From assembly GCA_038087875.1 (NCBI GenBank), contig CM075990.1, positions 4,032,001 to 4,096,000 of the forward strand: DNA of 64,000 nucleotides, written 5' to 3'. Position 1 is the first letter of the stretch. Every line of letters starts with the position of its first letter. The notes below the pieces were generated by a model. That model did not search any database. It saw only the letters and a program-made list of their open reading frames with translations, and had not been told where the DNA came from. The position numbers and the translations under genes were made by a program. Shown in pieces: positions 10,705 to 23,984 of the stretch. Origin of the DNA: Malacoraja senta. Taxonomy: Eukaryota.

Positions 10705-12959
10705 ACCCGTTCCTTCTCTCCAGAGATGCTGCCTGTTACTCCAGCATTTTGTGTCTATCTTCGATTTAAACCAGCATCTGCAGTTCCTTCCTACACATTA
10801 CATCACCTGGCGTTAAATTACATGGTGTTCCTTACATGGCATTGCATTACATGCATGGCTGCAGCAAGCCTAGAAATAAAGTATCTGTGTTACGGAGTGG
10901 TAAGAAAGTCCGCCTCAGTCTCCTGTCCTCAGACAACATCCTGATCAATATCCTTTTGTTGAAACTATAAACGCTTTACAACATTCACAAATCACATCTC
11001 AGAGCTCAGAAGACAGACAGTGGGTCTGCACTGGGCTTCACATAATTCCCCAATTCATTATTTTTTCCCTTTAAGCCCTGCAAATGTCTGCTAAATTATT
11101 CTCTCCCAGTTATTGATTGTCCAATAACAATGGCAAGATCCAAATCAGCGGGCAAGACAGCCAAGCTGAGCACATCTTCCTTTGTAAGTACAGGATTTCA
11201 CTTTAATACTTGTCCGTGCATTTCACTGTTAATAATTTAGTAATTGATGTAATGGATTAGCACTCCGAATGCTGAGGTTTGCATGCTGGCAGCAGACGCC
11301 ATGGCACTGTGCGGTCAGCTTGGTAAACCTGCTGCCTCACAGCGCCAGGGACCCCAGTTAGATCCTGACTACAGATGCTGTCTGTGCGGAGTTTGTATGC
11401 TCTCCCTGTGACCGCCTGGGTTTTCTCTGGGTGCTCCGGTTCCCTCCCACACTCCAAAGACGTAAAGGTTTGTAGATCTGAAGAAGGGTCTCGACCCGAA
11501 ACGTCGCCCATTCCTTCTCTCCAGAGATGCTGCCTGGCCCGCTGAGTTACTCCAGCATTTTGTGTCTCCCTTCGATTTAAACTGGCATCTGCAGTTCCTT
11601 CCTACAGGTTTGTAGGTTAATTGGCTTAGGTATAATTGTCAAATGATCCCTAGTGTGTGTAGGATACCACTAGTGTACGTGGTGATTGTTGGTCAGTGTA
11701 GACTCGATGGGCCAAAGTGTCTTTTTCCTCGCTGTATCTCTAAAGTGTAAAGTCAAAAAGCTGGTAGAGATGCTGCCTCACAGCGCCAGAGACCTGGGTC
11801 TTTGATCCTGACCTCAGGTGCTGTCTGTGTGGAGTTTGCATGTTCTTCCTGTGACCGCGTGAGTTTCCTCCGGGTGCTCTATTTCCTCCCACCACCTCCC
11901 AAAGATGTGCGGGTTTGCAATTGGCTTCTGTAAAATTGCCGCTGGTGTGTAGGGAGTGGATGAGAAAGTGGGATAACATAGAACTAGTGTGAACAGGTGG
12001 TTGCTGGTCAGTGTGGACTTGGTGGCCGAAGGACCTGTTTCCGTGCTGTATCTTTAAACTTAGCCAAGTTTAGTTTGGGGCTTGGGCTGCAAGGTAAGCC
12101 TGACACAGCACACACAGGGATGGAAACCAGTCCGGGAAAGATTTTGGAGGAAGAGCAGCCTTTCTCAGGGGTTTGGGCAGCCCAAGAAGTTACTGTCTAC
12201 CTAGGTCACAGCCACTTTAGACTTTAGATTTCTGAGAGACACAGCACGGAAACAGGCCCTTCGGCCCACTGAAGCCACACCGACCAGCGATCACCCTGTA
12301 CGCCAACACTATCCTGCACACTGGGGGTAATTTGCAAATTCTACCAAAGCCACTTAACCTACAAACCTGAGGTGGACACAAAATGCTGGAGTAACACAGC
12401 GAGACAGGCAGCATCTCTGGAGAGAAGGAATGGGTGATGTTTTGGGTCGGGACCCATCTTCAGACTGATGTCAGGGGAGTGGGCGGGACAGAGATGGAAT
12501 GTAGTCGGAGACAGTAAGACTAGTGGGGGAAGCGGGAGGGGATGGAGAGAGAGGGAAAGCAAGGGCTATCTGAAGTTGGAGAAGTCAATGTTCATACCGC
12601 TGGGGTGTAACCTACCCAAGCAAAATATGAGGTGCTGTTCCTCCAATTTGCGTTGGGCCTCTCTGACAATGGAGGAGGCCCAGGACAGAAAGGTCAGATT
12701 GGGAATGGGAGGGGGAGTTGAAGCGCTGTATCATATATTCAGCACTCTGTTTATTTTCTTTTTATACGGTGTGGGTGGCGCAGCAGTAGAGCTACTGCCT
12801 CACAGCGCCAGAGACCCGGGTTCGATCCTGACTGCGGGTGCTGTCTGTACGGAGTTTGTACGTTCTCCCCGTGAGCGTTTTATTCTGAGATCTTCGGTTT
12901 CTTCCCACATTCCAAAGACGTACAGGTTTGTAGGTTGGTATAAATGTAAATTGTCCCTA

Positions 12960-13670
12960 GTCAAGTCGAGTCAAGTTTATTCGACACATGCGCATACGAG
13001 ATGTGCAGTGAAATGAAAAAGTGGCAATGCTCGCGGATTGTGCAAAAAAACTAAACAGAATGGAACCGGATCACATATTCACAAATTACATATTTGTGGG
13101 AGGAAAAAACAGCAATTTAAAAAAGACACCACATAACAGTAGATTGGTTCAGTAAGTTAGTCCCTGGTGAGATAGGAGTTTACAGTCCGAATGGCCTCTG
13201 GGAAGAAACTCCTTCTCATCCTCTCCGTTCTCACAGCATGGCAACGGAGGCGTTTGCCTGACCGTAGCAGCTGGAACAGTCCGTTGCAGGGGTGGAAGGG
13301 GTTTCCCATGATCCTATTGGCTCTGGAGTGGCACCTCCTGATGTATAGTTCCTGCAGAGGGGCGAGTGAAGTTCCCATAGTGCGTTCGGCCGAACGCACT
13401 ACTCTCTGCAGAGCCTTCTTGTCCTGGGCAGAGCAGTTCCCAAACCAGATTGTGATGTTTCCGGACAAGATGCTTTCCACAGCCGCTGAGTAGAAGCACT
13501 GGAGGATCCTCAGAGACACTCTGAATTTCCTCAATTGCCTGAGGTGGTAAAGGCGCTGCCTTGCCTTACTCACGAGTGCTGCAGCATGTGATGTCCATGT
13601 CAGATCCTCTGAGATGTGGACTCCCAGGTATTTAAAGCAGCTCACCCTATCCACAGTATCCCTATCCACA
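12960..13670 (-). mobile_element. Rex/Babar-like LINE 3' end inserted in an HE1-like SINE
   Basis: Open ORF 13157..13669 (FKYLGVHISEDLTW...KARQRLYHLRQLRKF...RRSFFPEAIR); short-repeat tail; SINE halves at 12770-12960 and 13671-13765. Confidence 0.88.
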
Positions 13671-14258
13671 GTGTGTGTAGGATAGTGTTAATGTGCGGGG
13701 ATCGCTTGTCGGTGCGGACTCAGCGGGCCAAAGGGCTTGTTTCCGCGTTGTATCTCTAAACTGAATTAATAACTAAACTGTGTGTTGAGCACATGTGGTA
13801 AGATTTGCCTGGATAGCACACAAAACAAAGCTTTTAATTATATGTTGGTACACGTGACAATAATAAACTGATATCAGTATCTTCTCAAGGGAATGTCACC
13901 ATAAGAAGCTGTTGAGTGACCACATGGAAGGATGTGTTTATGTTGCACCATCCTTGGCAAGACTGTTCTACGACACCTTCCCTGCCCTGTGAACCCATTT
14001 TAATGGAGACTGCTGCAAGAGCCTGGGTAACAGTGGAATTCTCTGCCACAGAAGGCAGTGGAGGCCAATTCACTGGATATTTTCAAGAGAGTGTTAAATT
14101 TAGCTCCTGGGGCTAACGGAATCAAGGGATATGGGGAGAAAGCAGGAACGTGGTACTGATTTTAGATGATCAGCCATGGTCATATTGAATGGTGGTGCTG
14201 GTTCGAAGGGCCTACTCCTGCACCTATTTTCTATGCTTCTATGTAACAGGAAGCTCTT

Positions 14259-14585
14259 CACGACCGGGATCTCGCCTGAAGTCACGTCGGGGGCATAACC
14301 GGGAGGGAGCGGTTGGAGACATTGTACATGAGGAGCAAGGGCCTGTAGGAGGGTGAACCGGGATAATGCCTCCAGTGCCATCAAGGTCGGCTGCAGGAGG
14401 CCCCCCCCCCCGCCCGGGACACAAAGATGGCCGGGCGAGGAGAGGGACGTCGGTTCGTGGGAACTGCTCCAGTACATCGAGCGCGCGGGCGGACCGGACT
14501 TTGAACGATGGCGGCGCCCGCATGTGTAATATTTGCAAAAAGAATTTCACTGTGCAGTTTTACATGCGACTAATAAAGCAACACT
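14259..14585 (+). mobile_element. Short GC-rich retroposon with 9-bp TSD GAAGCTCTT
   Basis: TSD at 14250-14258 and 14586-14594; Rex-like tail aatttcactgtgcag..atgcgactaataaa. Confidence 0.65.
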
Positions 14586-15014
14586 GAAGCTCTTGGAAAC
14601 TGTCGCAACAGAGGCATGGGTGTGAATATCCCCCGTCAGCAGCTGATTTTTCCAATGAAATCCAAGAGTCAAGAGTGTTTCGGTAACCAAGTCTCTTGGC
14701 ACATTTCCTCACATTAATAACCAACATTGGCGACTTTGCCTTATTCCGTGGCTAATCAGTGGGTTGCATCTAACCCCATTATAAGTCAAATCAGTTTAGA
14801 ATCGAGTTAAGGCAGGCTTGGAAACTGATGGCAGTGAAAATCATTGACAACAGGATGTGAAAGGCAGTCAGGAGTCGGCGAGCATTCAAGTCCTCTTTCC
14901 TGAAGCCCCACCGAGTGGCTGCATCTGTGTTGGCTTGAGTTTCAAGACCAAATGTAAATCACCGCAGGATCAAACCAAAGTTGAAAATAAATCAAACTGT
15001 GAAAAATAGCCCAA

Positions 15015-15625
15015 AACAGTGCTGGAGTAACTCAGCGGGTCAGGCAGCATCTCTGGTGAAAAAGGATGGGTGATGTTTTGGGTCTGGACCCATCTTCAGA
15101 CTGATTGTATTGGGAGGGGGGGAGAAAGATGGGAGAGAGGGGCAGGACAAAGGGTGACAGGTAATAGGTGAACGTAGGTGACAGGGGGAGGAGGGGGGTG
15201 GGGGCAGATCTTGGGCTAAAAGCCAGAGTTGAAAGAAAGTGTGAGACAGAAGGATTGAAGAGATGTGAATTGTGAAGGCGGAGGAAGGAATGTAGGTGGA
15301 AGTGGGGGAGATTAATTGGTGCCAGTCAGTTGGGGTGAAGGGGTGGTGGGGGGTATGAGAGGGGTTTGTTAGAAGTTACCTATAATTGGGGAATTTGATG
15401 TTCATGCTGTATGCTCCTCGAGGTACAGTCGCTCCAGCTTGTGTGTGGCTTCATCTGGCACTGGAGGCGGCCCAGGCCAGAAGGGTCAGAATGATTTTTC
15501 AGGGAGTAATCCAGGTTCACATGCACCTCCTCCAACCTCATCTACTGCATCTGGTGTTCCCTGGCGTGGCCTCCTGTACATCGCAAGTCCAAGCATAGAC
15601 TTGGTGACCATTTCACTCGGAAACA
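15015..15625. mobile_element. Penelope-like remnant with internal inversion, including GIY-YIG motif
   Basis: 15516-15585 (+) reads FTCTSSNLIYCIWCS / GLLYI (frameshifted); 15015-15490 is the PLE 3' end/terminal repeat on the minus strand. Confidence 0.7.
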
Positions 15626-16005
15626 AAGTCTTCCATTAAATATCTAATTGAACAAGGTCTTGATCACTGGTGAATCTGGTCTGATTGCTAAGGGGACTTG
15701 GGGACTTTGATTGGAGATAGTCGTCTCCAGGTCTCACTGATGGTTGGCAGTTTCTTGGAAATGACTACCCCAGAGTGATGGTAGCTGCCCTAAACTCCAC
15801 TAACAGAATATCTAGATCTGTGTGTGACCATGTGGTTGATATCGTGTTGGATTCCCATACCAGCAAGTTCCCGCCTACACAAAGGCCCATCAGCAGGAGT
15901 GGGTTCTGAGGTACTGTACCACATCAGTTCCTTAGACAAAGTCCAGTGTCCTCAATGGAGTGGAGGACAATACAGTGGCATAGTGGTGGAGTTGCTGCCT
16001 TACAG

Positions 16006-16318
16006 ATGGCGCAATGGGCTAAGTGTCCGGCTGGCAACCGGAAGGTAGCCGGTTCGAATCCCGCTTGGAGTGCATACTGTCGTTGTGTCCTTGGGCAAGA
16101 CACTTCACCCACCTTTGCCTGCGTATGAATGTGTGTGAATGTGTGTGAGTGATTGGTGGTGGTCGGAGATTAGCAGCCACGCTTCCGTCAGTCTGCCCCA
16201 GGGCAGCTGTGGCTACAGAAGTAGCTCACCACCACCGAGTGTGACTGAGGAGTGAATGAATAATGTGATGTAAAGCGCCTTGAGTATTAGAAAGGCGCTA
16301 TATAAATACCATCCATTA
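16006..16318 (+). mobile_element. Second SINE family (tRNA head, AFC/CORE-like body, L2-like tail) nested in an HE1-like SINE, TSD TTACAG
   Basis: TSD at 16000-16005 and 16319-16324; ggttcgaatcc B box; gttgtgtccttgggcaagacacttcacc; tail tgtaaagcgccttgag..gaaaggcgctatataa. Confidence 0.8.
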
Positions 16319-16752
16319 TTACAGCTCCAGAGACCAGGGTTCGATCCTGACTAAGGGTACTGTCTGTATAGAGTTTTCATGTTCTCCCTGTGACCGCATG
16401 TGTATACTCTCACATTCTAAACACCTGCAGGTTTATAGGCTAATTGGCTTCTGTAAATTGTCCCTAGTGTTTAAGATAGAACTAGTGTACAGGTGATCGC
16501 TGGTCGATGTGGACTCATTGGGCTGAAGTGCCTGTTTTAAACATACAGAGTGCTAGGTGCCTGGAACGCGCTGCCAGGGATGGCGGAGGCAGATGCTATT
16601 TAAAAGTTTAAGATGCTTTTATATAGGCAGAAAGATGCTCAGAGAACGAAGGGATTATCGATCACGTGCAGGCAGAGGAAGTTAGTTAAACCTGGCATCA
16701 CATTCAGCACTGACATTGTGAGCTAAAGGGCCTGTTCCAGCATGATACTGTT

Positions 16753-19700
16753 ACATAGAAACATAGAAAATAGGTGCAGGAGTAGGCCATTCGGCCCTTC
16801 GAGCTTGCACCACCAATCAATATGATCATGGCTGATCATCCAACTCAGTATCCTGTACCTGCTTTCTCTCCATACCCCCTGATCCCTTTAGCCACAAGGG
16901 CCACATCTAACTCCCTCTTAAATATAGCCAATGAACTGGCCTCAACTACCTTCTGTGGCAGAGAATTCCAGAGATTCACCACTCTCTGTGTGAAAAATGT
17001 TTTCCTCATCTCGGTCCTAAAAGATTTCCCCCTTATCCTTAAACTGTAACCCCTTGTTCTGGACTTCCCCAACATCGGGAACAATCTTCCCGCATCTAGC
17101 CTGTCCAACCCCTTAAGAATTTTGTATGTTTCTATAAGATCCCCCCTCAATCTTCTAAATTCTAGCGACTACAAACCGAGTCTATCCAGTCTTTCTTCAT
17201 ATGAAAGTCCTGACATCCCAGGAATCAGTCTGGTGAACCTTCTCTGTACTCCCTCTATGGCAAGAATGTCCTTCCTCAGATTAGAACAAAACTATACGCA
17301 ATACTCCAGGTGTGGTCTCACCAAGACCCTGTACAACTGCAGTAGAACCTCCCTGCTCCTATACTCAAATTCTTTTGCTATGAATGCTAACATACCATTC
17401 GCCTTCTTCACTGCCTGCTGCACCTGCATGCCTACTTTTAATGACTGGTGTACCATGACACCCAGGCCTCGTTGCATCTCCCCTTTTCCTAATCGGCCAC
17501 CATTCAGATAATAGTCTACTTTCCTGTTTTTGCCACCAAAATGGATCTCACATTTATCCACATTATACTGCATCTGCCATGCATTTGCCCACTCACCCAG
17601 CCTATCCAAGTCACCTTGCAGCCTCCGAGCATCCTCTTCACAGCTAACACTGCCCCCTCCGCTTCGTGTCATCCCTCGTCCAAATCATTAATATATTTCG
17701 TAAATAGCTGGGGTCCCAGCACTGAGCCTTGCGGTACCCCACTAGTCACTGCCTGCCATTGTGAAAAGGACCCATTTACTCCTACTCTTTTCTTCCTGTC
17801 TGCCAGCCATTCTCTATCCACATCAATACTGAACCCCCAATACCGTGTGCTTTAAGTTTGTATACTAATCTCTTATGTGGGACCTTGTCGAAAGCCTTCT
17901 GAAAGTCCAGATATAACACATCCACTGGTTCTCCCTTACCCACTCTACTAGTTACATCCTCGAAAAATTCTATAAGATTCATCAGACATGATTTACCTTT
18001 CATAAATCCATGCTGACTTTGTCCAATGATTTCACCATTTTCCAAATGTGCTGCTATCCCATCTTTAATAACTGACTCTAGCAGTTTCCCCACTACCGAT
18101 GTTAGACTAACTGGTCTGTAATTCCCCGTTTTCTCTCTCCCTCCCTTTTTAAAAAGTGGGGTTACATTTGCTACCCTCCAATCCTCAGGAACTACTCCAG
18201 AATCTAAAGAGTTTTGAAAAATTATCACTAATGCATCCACTATTTCTGGGGCTACTTCCTTAAGTACTCTGGGATGCAACCTATCTGGCCCTGGGGATTT
18301 ATCGGCCTTTAATCCATTCAATTTACCTAACACCACTTCCTGGCTAACCTGGATTTCACTCAGTTCCTCCATATCATTTGACCCCCGGTCCCCTGCTATT
18401 TCCGGCAGATTATTTATGTCTTCCTTAGTGACGACAAAACCAAAGTAGTTATTCAATTGGTCTGCCATGTCCTTGTTCCCCATGATCAATTCACCTGTTT
18501 CTGACTGCAAGGGACCTACATTTGTTTTAACTAATCTTTTTCTCTTCACATAACTATAAAAGCTTTTGCAGTCAGTTTTTATGTTCCCTGCCAGTTTTCG
18601 TTCACAATCTATTTTCCCTTTCCTAATTAAGCCCTTTGTCCTCCTCGGCTGGACTCTGAATTTCTCCCAGTCCTCTGGTAGGCTGCTTTTTCTGGCTAAT
18701 TTGTACGCTTCATCTTTTGCTTTGATACTATCCCTGATTTCCCTTGTTATCCATGGATGCACTACCTTCCTTGATTTAATTTTTTGCCAAACTGGGATGA
18801 ACAATTGTTGTAGTTCATCCATGCAGTCTTTAAATGCCTTCCATTGCATATCTACCGTCAACCCATTAAGAATCAATTGCCAGTCTATCTTGGCCAATTC
18901 ACTTCTCATACCCTCAAAGTTACCTTTCTTTAAGTTCAGGACCCTTGTTTCTGAATTAACAATGTCACTCTCCATCCTAATGAAGAACTCAACCATATTA
19001 TGGTCACTCTTGCCCAAGGGGCCACGCACAACAAGACTGCTAACTAACCCTTCCTCATTACTCAATACCCAATCTAGAATAGCCTGCTCTCTCGTTGGTT
19101 CCTCTACATGTTGGTTTAGAAAACTATCCTGCATACATTCCAAGAAATCCTCTTCCTCAGCACCCCTGCCAATTTGATTCACCCAATCTATATGTAGATT
19201 GAAGTCACCCATTATAACTGTTTTACCTTTGTTGCACGCATTTCTAATTTCCTGTTTGATGCCATCCCCAACTCCACTACTACTGTTAGGTGGCCTGTAC
19301 ACAACTCCCACTAGCGTTTTCTGCCCCTTAGTTTCGCAGCTCTACCCATATCGATTCCACATCCTCCAAGCTAATGTCCTTCCTTTCTATTGCGTTAATC
19401 TGCTCTCTAACCAGCAACGCTACCCCACCTCCTTTCCCTTTCTCTCTATCCCTCCTGAATATTGAATATCCCTGGACGTTCAGCTCCCAGCCTTGGTCAC
19501 CCTGGAGCCATGTCTCTGTGATCCCAACTATATCATAGTCATTAATAGCTATCTGCACATTCAACGCATCCACCTTATTACAAATGCTCCTTGCATTGAG
19601 ACACAAAGCCTTCAGGCTTGTTTTTACAACACTCTTACCCCTTATACAATTATGTTGAAAAGTGGCCCTTTTTGATTTTTGCCCTGGATTTGTCTGCCTC

Positions 19701-20513
19701 CCACTTTTACTTTTCACCTTGCTACCTATTGCTTCTACCCTCATTTTACACCCCTCTGTCTCTACGCTCACACATTTAAGAAACCCTTTCCCTTTAACTC
19801 CATCCTCAACTATCCCATTCGACACCCCACCCCCCTTATTCAGTTTTAAACCACCCGTGTAGCAGTGGCAAACCTGCGTGCCAGAATGCTGGTCCCCCAC
19901 CTGTTAAGATGCAATCCGTCCCTTTTGTACAGTTCCCCCTTACTCCAAAACAGATCCCAGTGATCTAAGAATCTAAATCCCTGCCCCGTGCACCAGTTCC
20001 TCAGCCACACATTCAGGTCCCGTATCTCCCTGTTCCTGCTCTCGCCAGCACGAGGAACTGGAAGCAAACCGGAGATAACAACCCTGGAGGTCCTGCTTTT
20101 CAGCATTTTTCCGAGCTCTCTAAAGTCACGCTGCAGAATATTCATCCCCTTCTTTCCGACATTGTTTGTGCCGACATGCACTACCACTTCCGGCTGTTCA
20201 CCTTCGCCCTTGAGGATTTTCTGCACTCTGTCCATGACATCCTGGATCCTGGCACCAGGAAGGCAGCACACCATCCTTGAATCCCGTCTGTTGCCGCAGA
20301 AACCCCTGTCCGTACCTCTCACAATGGAGTCTCCCACTACAATGGCGTTGCCCGATTTTGGTTTTGGCTCAACAGCCCTATTCGCATCGCAAGCCAGTCC
20401 GCCGCTCAGTGTAAACACGTCTTCTGTCCCGACAGCTTCTAAGTGGGTGAACCTGTTCACAAGAGGTACAACACCCGGGGACGTTTGAATTCCATGCTTC
20501 CCTCCCTTTCCGT
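16753..20513 (-). mobile_element. Long CR1 LINE (3.76 kb): ORF1 SGNH esterase plus ORF2 APE endonuclease/RT, disrupted
   Basis: ORF 19846..20460 (VVGDSIVRG, HVGTN, DGLHLN); ORFs 19328..19900 and 17782..19311 (CLNARSI, GITETW, YRPP, MGDFN, SDH, DFQKAFDKVPH); (TTCTATGT)n tail; 8-bp TSD ATACTGTT at 16745-16752 and 20514-20521. Confidence 0.96.
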
Positions 20514-21129
20514 ATACTGTTCTATTCTATGCTCCAATTTAATGAACAATATGTTAACTGGCCTGGATAGAGTGGATATGGAGAGGTCATAGACTCAAAA
20601 TTAAAGGATGTACCTTTAGGAAGGAGATGAGGAATTTCTTTAGTCAGAGGGTGGTGAATCTGTGGAAGTCATTGCCACAGAAGGCTGTGGAGGTCAAGTT
20701 AATAGATATTTTTAAGGCAGAGATGAGATTCGAGGCCAAGTTAATAGATATTTTTAAGGCAGAGATAAGATTCTTGATTAGTACAGGTGTCAAGGTGAGA
20801 AGGCAGGGGAATGGGGTTATGAGGGAAAGACAGATCAGATATGATTGAATGGCAGAGTAGACTTGATGGACAAATGGGCTAATTCTGTTCCTATCACGTA
20901 TGAACTGCCCACTTCTTGTACTGCAGCCGGGCTATCAGTTCTGGCTTTCATCGGGAAAGGTTAAGACTGTTGACCTCAAGCAAGTGCCTCTCTTCTGCAG
21001 TGTTCAATTCTAAATAGGATGATTAAGCAATTAATGCGCACAATACCATTATAGTACAAATGCCAAAATACCATTGCTTTAATATAAATTAGTTTAATAT
21101 TGGCTAGATGCTGTTCGCACATTAGAAAA

Positions 21130-22051
21130 ATTATAGCTGCAAATTATTCAATTTTTATTCAAATCTTGTTAACAGCACTAACTTTTATTTGCAAAAAAAA
21201 CCCAGAAGTGTGTAGAGTCTTGTATTTAAAAAAGTGAGATTACAAAAAAAAAGGTTCACTTTGCCAAAAAAGTGAGATATGTAACCAAAGCACAGAATTA
21301 GGCAGAAGATCATTGCTGAGGATCAGTCGTGAAGACAGAAGTCGTAGGATTAACTCAGAACATGTTTGCAGTAAGGTGGCCAATAATCTTGATAAATTGC
21401 ATAAAACTCAAAAGATTTTGCTTTGAACATCCACAGAGATATTGCACAACCAACCCAGTACGGGAGCCAAGTACAGTTGTCACTGAATCCAGCCATCAAT
21501 GATGCCAACCTCTGGAGAAGCAGCAGAGTTGCTCATTGTTTTCACCATGAAATAAATATACTTTTAACGAGAACTTGCAATGTTAAAATAGACACGAATT
21601 AAAATGTTATATTACAAAGACCTGATGCACATGCCATCTTTTTTTTCCAAAAAAAGGGTTCTCCCTTGGGGTTTATTTCAGTCAAACAGTAGTGACAGTT
21701 TTTTTTTTAAATAAAGTGCATTCTTGCAAGAGTTGCTCGTGAAGCATAGTCTGCACCACATACAAAATTTAACAAAACATCTGCATTCATTGGAAACCAC
21801 ACTCACAGCATAAATCTTCAGGAAATTTCATTTTTAGTTTTTTCCCCCACACTGACAATTTACTAAAAGAATTATGCAAACTAAAAACCCACAATAGTGT
21901 TTACATAATACATAAATACCAAGCATCAATTATGTGCTTCTGATTGGCAAATTTTTGTCTTTCCGGACCAAACGTCAAAAGTTATGCAAAACGGTTAAAT
22001 ATGTAGTTCTTTCCGCACAGATTTGACAAGCTGCACACAATTCTACAGCAG
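21130..22051 (-). other. ZFAND4: ZFAND4 3'UTR with candidate AATAAA signals at 21154-21159, 21184-21189 and 21672-21677
   Basis: TE-free AT-rich ~0.9 kb after the stop codon; TTTATT hexamers on + strand. The exact cleavage site cannot be determined. Confidence 0.6.
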
Positions 22052-22187
22052 TCAGATTTTTGGAAGCTTTGGTGCGCTAACAACAGGGTTGGTGTCTTGC
22101 AAGTATCTCCTTCCCACAGTCTTGTAGTCGTACGAGCATTCGTGAGTCTCAGCATAGCGATGCGTGGCGCAGAAATTGTTCCCACAC
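22052..22187 (-). CDS. ZFAND4: ZFAND4 last coding exon (CGNNFCATHRYAETHECSYDYK...NPVVSAPKLPKI*)
   Basis: Diagnostic AN1 zinc-finger C-terminus; stop TGA at 22054-22052; acceptor aaactAG. Confidence 0.97.
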
Positions 22188-23857
22188 CTAGTTTCAGGAA
22201 CACAGTTTAGTGCACAAATAACCTTTTTTTCAAACTAAATGCATTATATTCCTGAATTATGCAGTTCTGAACAAATGTTTGGTTTACTTGCAAACAATTA
22301 GGAAGATCCTACAAGTGACAATAGTTTTAGTTTTTTAGTTTTGGAGATAGAGGCCCACCGAGTCCACGCCGACCAGCAATCTCCACACATTAACGCTATC
22401 CTACACACTAGGGACAATTTACATTTATACCAAGGCAATTAACCTAAAAACCTGTACGTCTTTGGAGTGTGGGAGGAAACCGAAGATCACAGAGAAAACA
22501 CACATGGTCACGGGGAGAACGTACAAACTCCATACAGACAGCACCTGCAGTCAAGATCGAACCCGGGTCTCTGGTGCTGTAAGGCAGCAACTCTACTGCT
22601 GCGCCACCGTACTTATTACTGTTAACACCACACCCAAACTTGAAATAGCATCTCAATTTTTGTACTCAAAGTAAAAAGCATGTCCACAGTACACAATGGC
22701 CAGGATAATTTAGAAGGGATTTTTAATAAATGTGCACAAAATAACCAAATATTAACAAGGTATTACTTGCAATTAGTGTAGTTTAAGGTGTAATGAGTTA
22801 AAACGCCTATCTATGTACAAAATAAAAGCAGTTAAGACCTAATGACATTTTGAAAGTGACATTAGATTAGATGTATGATTATTGCCCTTTGCTGCAAGAC
22901 CACATTGTATCTGGCATATATCTACGATATTCCTCTTATCATTCACTTCATAAAAAGACAATTATAAAAATATTTGGAAGACAGTGATTTGACAGTAAAC
23001 ATTTCAAGATCTAAACTATTCAATAACATAAATCCCTCTACATTCAAAAGTGAATCGCTGAAAACAGAACCGAGACCACAAACCCTCAAAGGCAAATTAC
23101 CCAAAATACTTGTGTCCCTATTGCGTCAATTAAAAATTATAACCAATAAACAGGGGAGAAGGCAGGAGAATGGGGTTGAAAGGGAAAGATAGATCAGCCA
23201 TGATTTATTCCATAGACTTATTCTGTTCCCATAACTAATGAAACAAGTACCACTGGGAACTTTGTCTCTCCCCAGAGGATTTAGTCCAATATCTTTGGTG
23301 ATCAGCCATGATCACATTGAATGGCATTGCTGGCTCGAAGGGCCGAATGGCCTACTCCTGCACCTATTGTCTATCTTAAATAGATTGAAACAACTGCTTG
23401 TAAAGCCCCAAACTTGAAATGCATGAAGCAAAATCGCAATATTTCTAAGATACCACATATTAATTTAAGTAAAAGAAAGCAACATAAACATCCACTGTAC
23501 TCTTTATTGTTAAGGGAATAAATTTGGTTGGATCCAAGGAAAATGATAACTTCTAATCAATAAACTGTAAAGGTGCTGGGAATGTATAGGTGCATGAGGA
23601 AGGGTAAGATAATTTCCAAAGGTACATGTTTAAAATGTAAATCTGGTCTTGTTTTCACTGGCCTGTTGTGCTCTTTTTACTTTTTAATTATTTACATAAG
23701 ATCGAAGTGTTAACAGTGGGAAACTTTGACTCTGACTGTTCAAGACGGGAGCAGTACAAATGCTGAGATTCCAAATTTAGAAAAGCATTCTCCTTCCACC
23801 GATTTAGCAGAAAGCCACATCTATTCACCATTTAACCATCACATAAATGCCACTCAC

Positions 23858-23984
23858 CTGCACTCATAGCTGGTTGCCAATCCAGTTTTCTTCCCACAAA
23901 GAAAGCAGTGCTTGGCATTTTTCTTTTTTGTCTGGGTTGGAGCCATTACCGGTGGGAAAAGATGTGCAGGGGTACCTGTTGTAC
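23858..23984 (-). CDS. ZFAND4: ZFAND4 coding exon 8 (first half of AN1 zinc finger: KHCFLCGKKTGLATSYECR)
   Basis: ggttcttAG acceptor (alternative in-frame acceptor 9 nt downstream), AG|GTGAGT donor; CxxC motif of AN1 finger. Confidence 0.96.

Noticed and set aside
18566..20488. Plus-strand ORFs 18566..19177 and 19988..20488
   Set aside because: Antisense shadows of CR1 ORF2/ORF1.
20696..20766. Tandem ~29-bp repeat with short spacer (CRISPR-like look)
   Set aside because: Only two units inside a CR1 tail; a local duplication in a eukaryotic genome.
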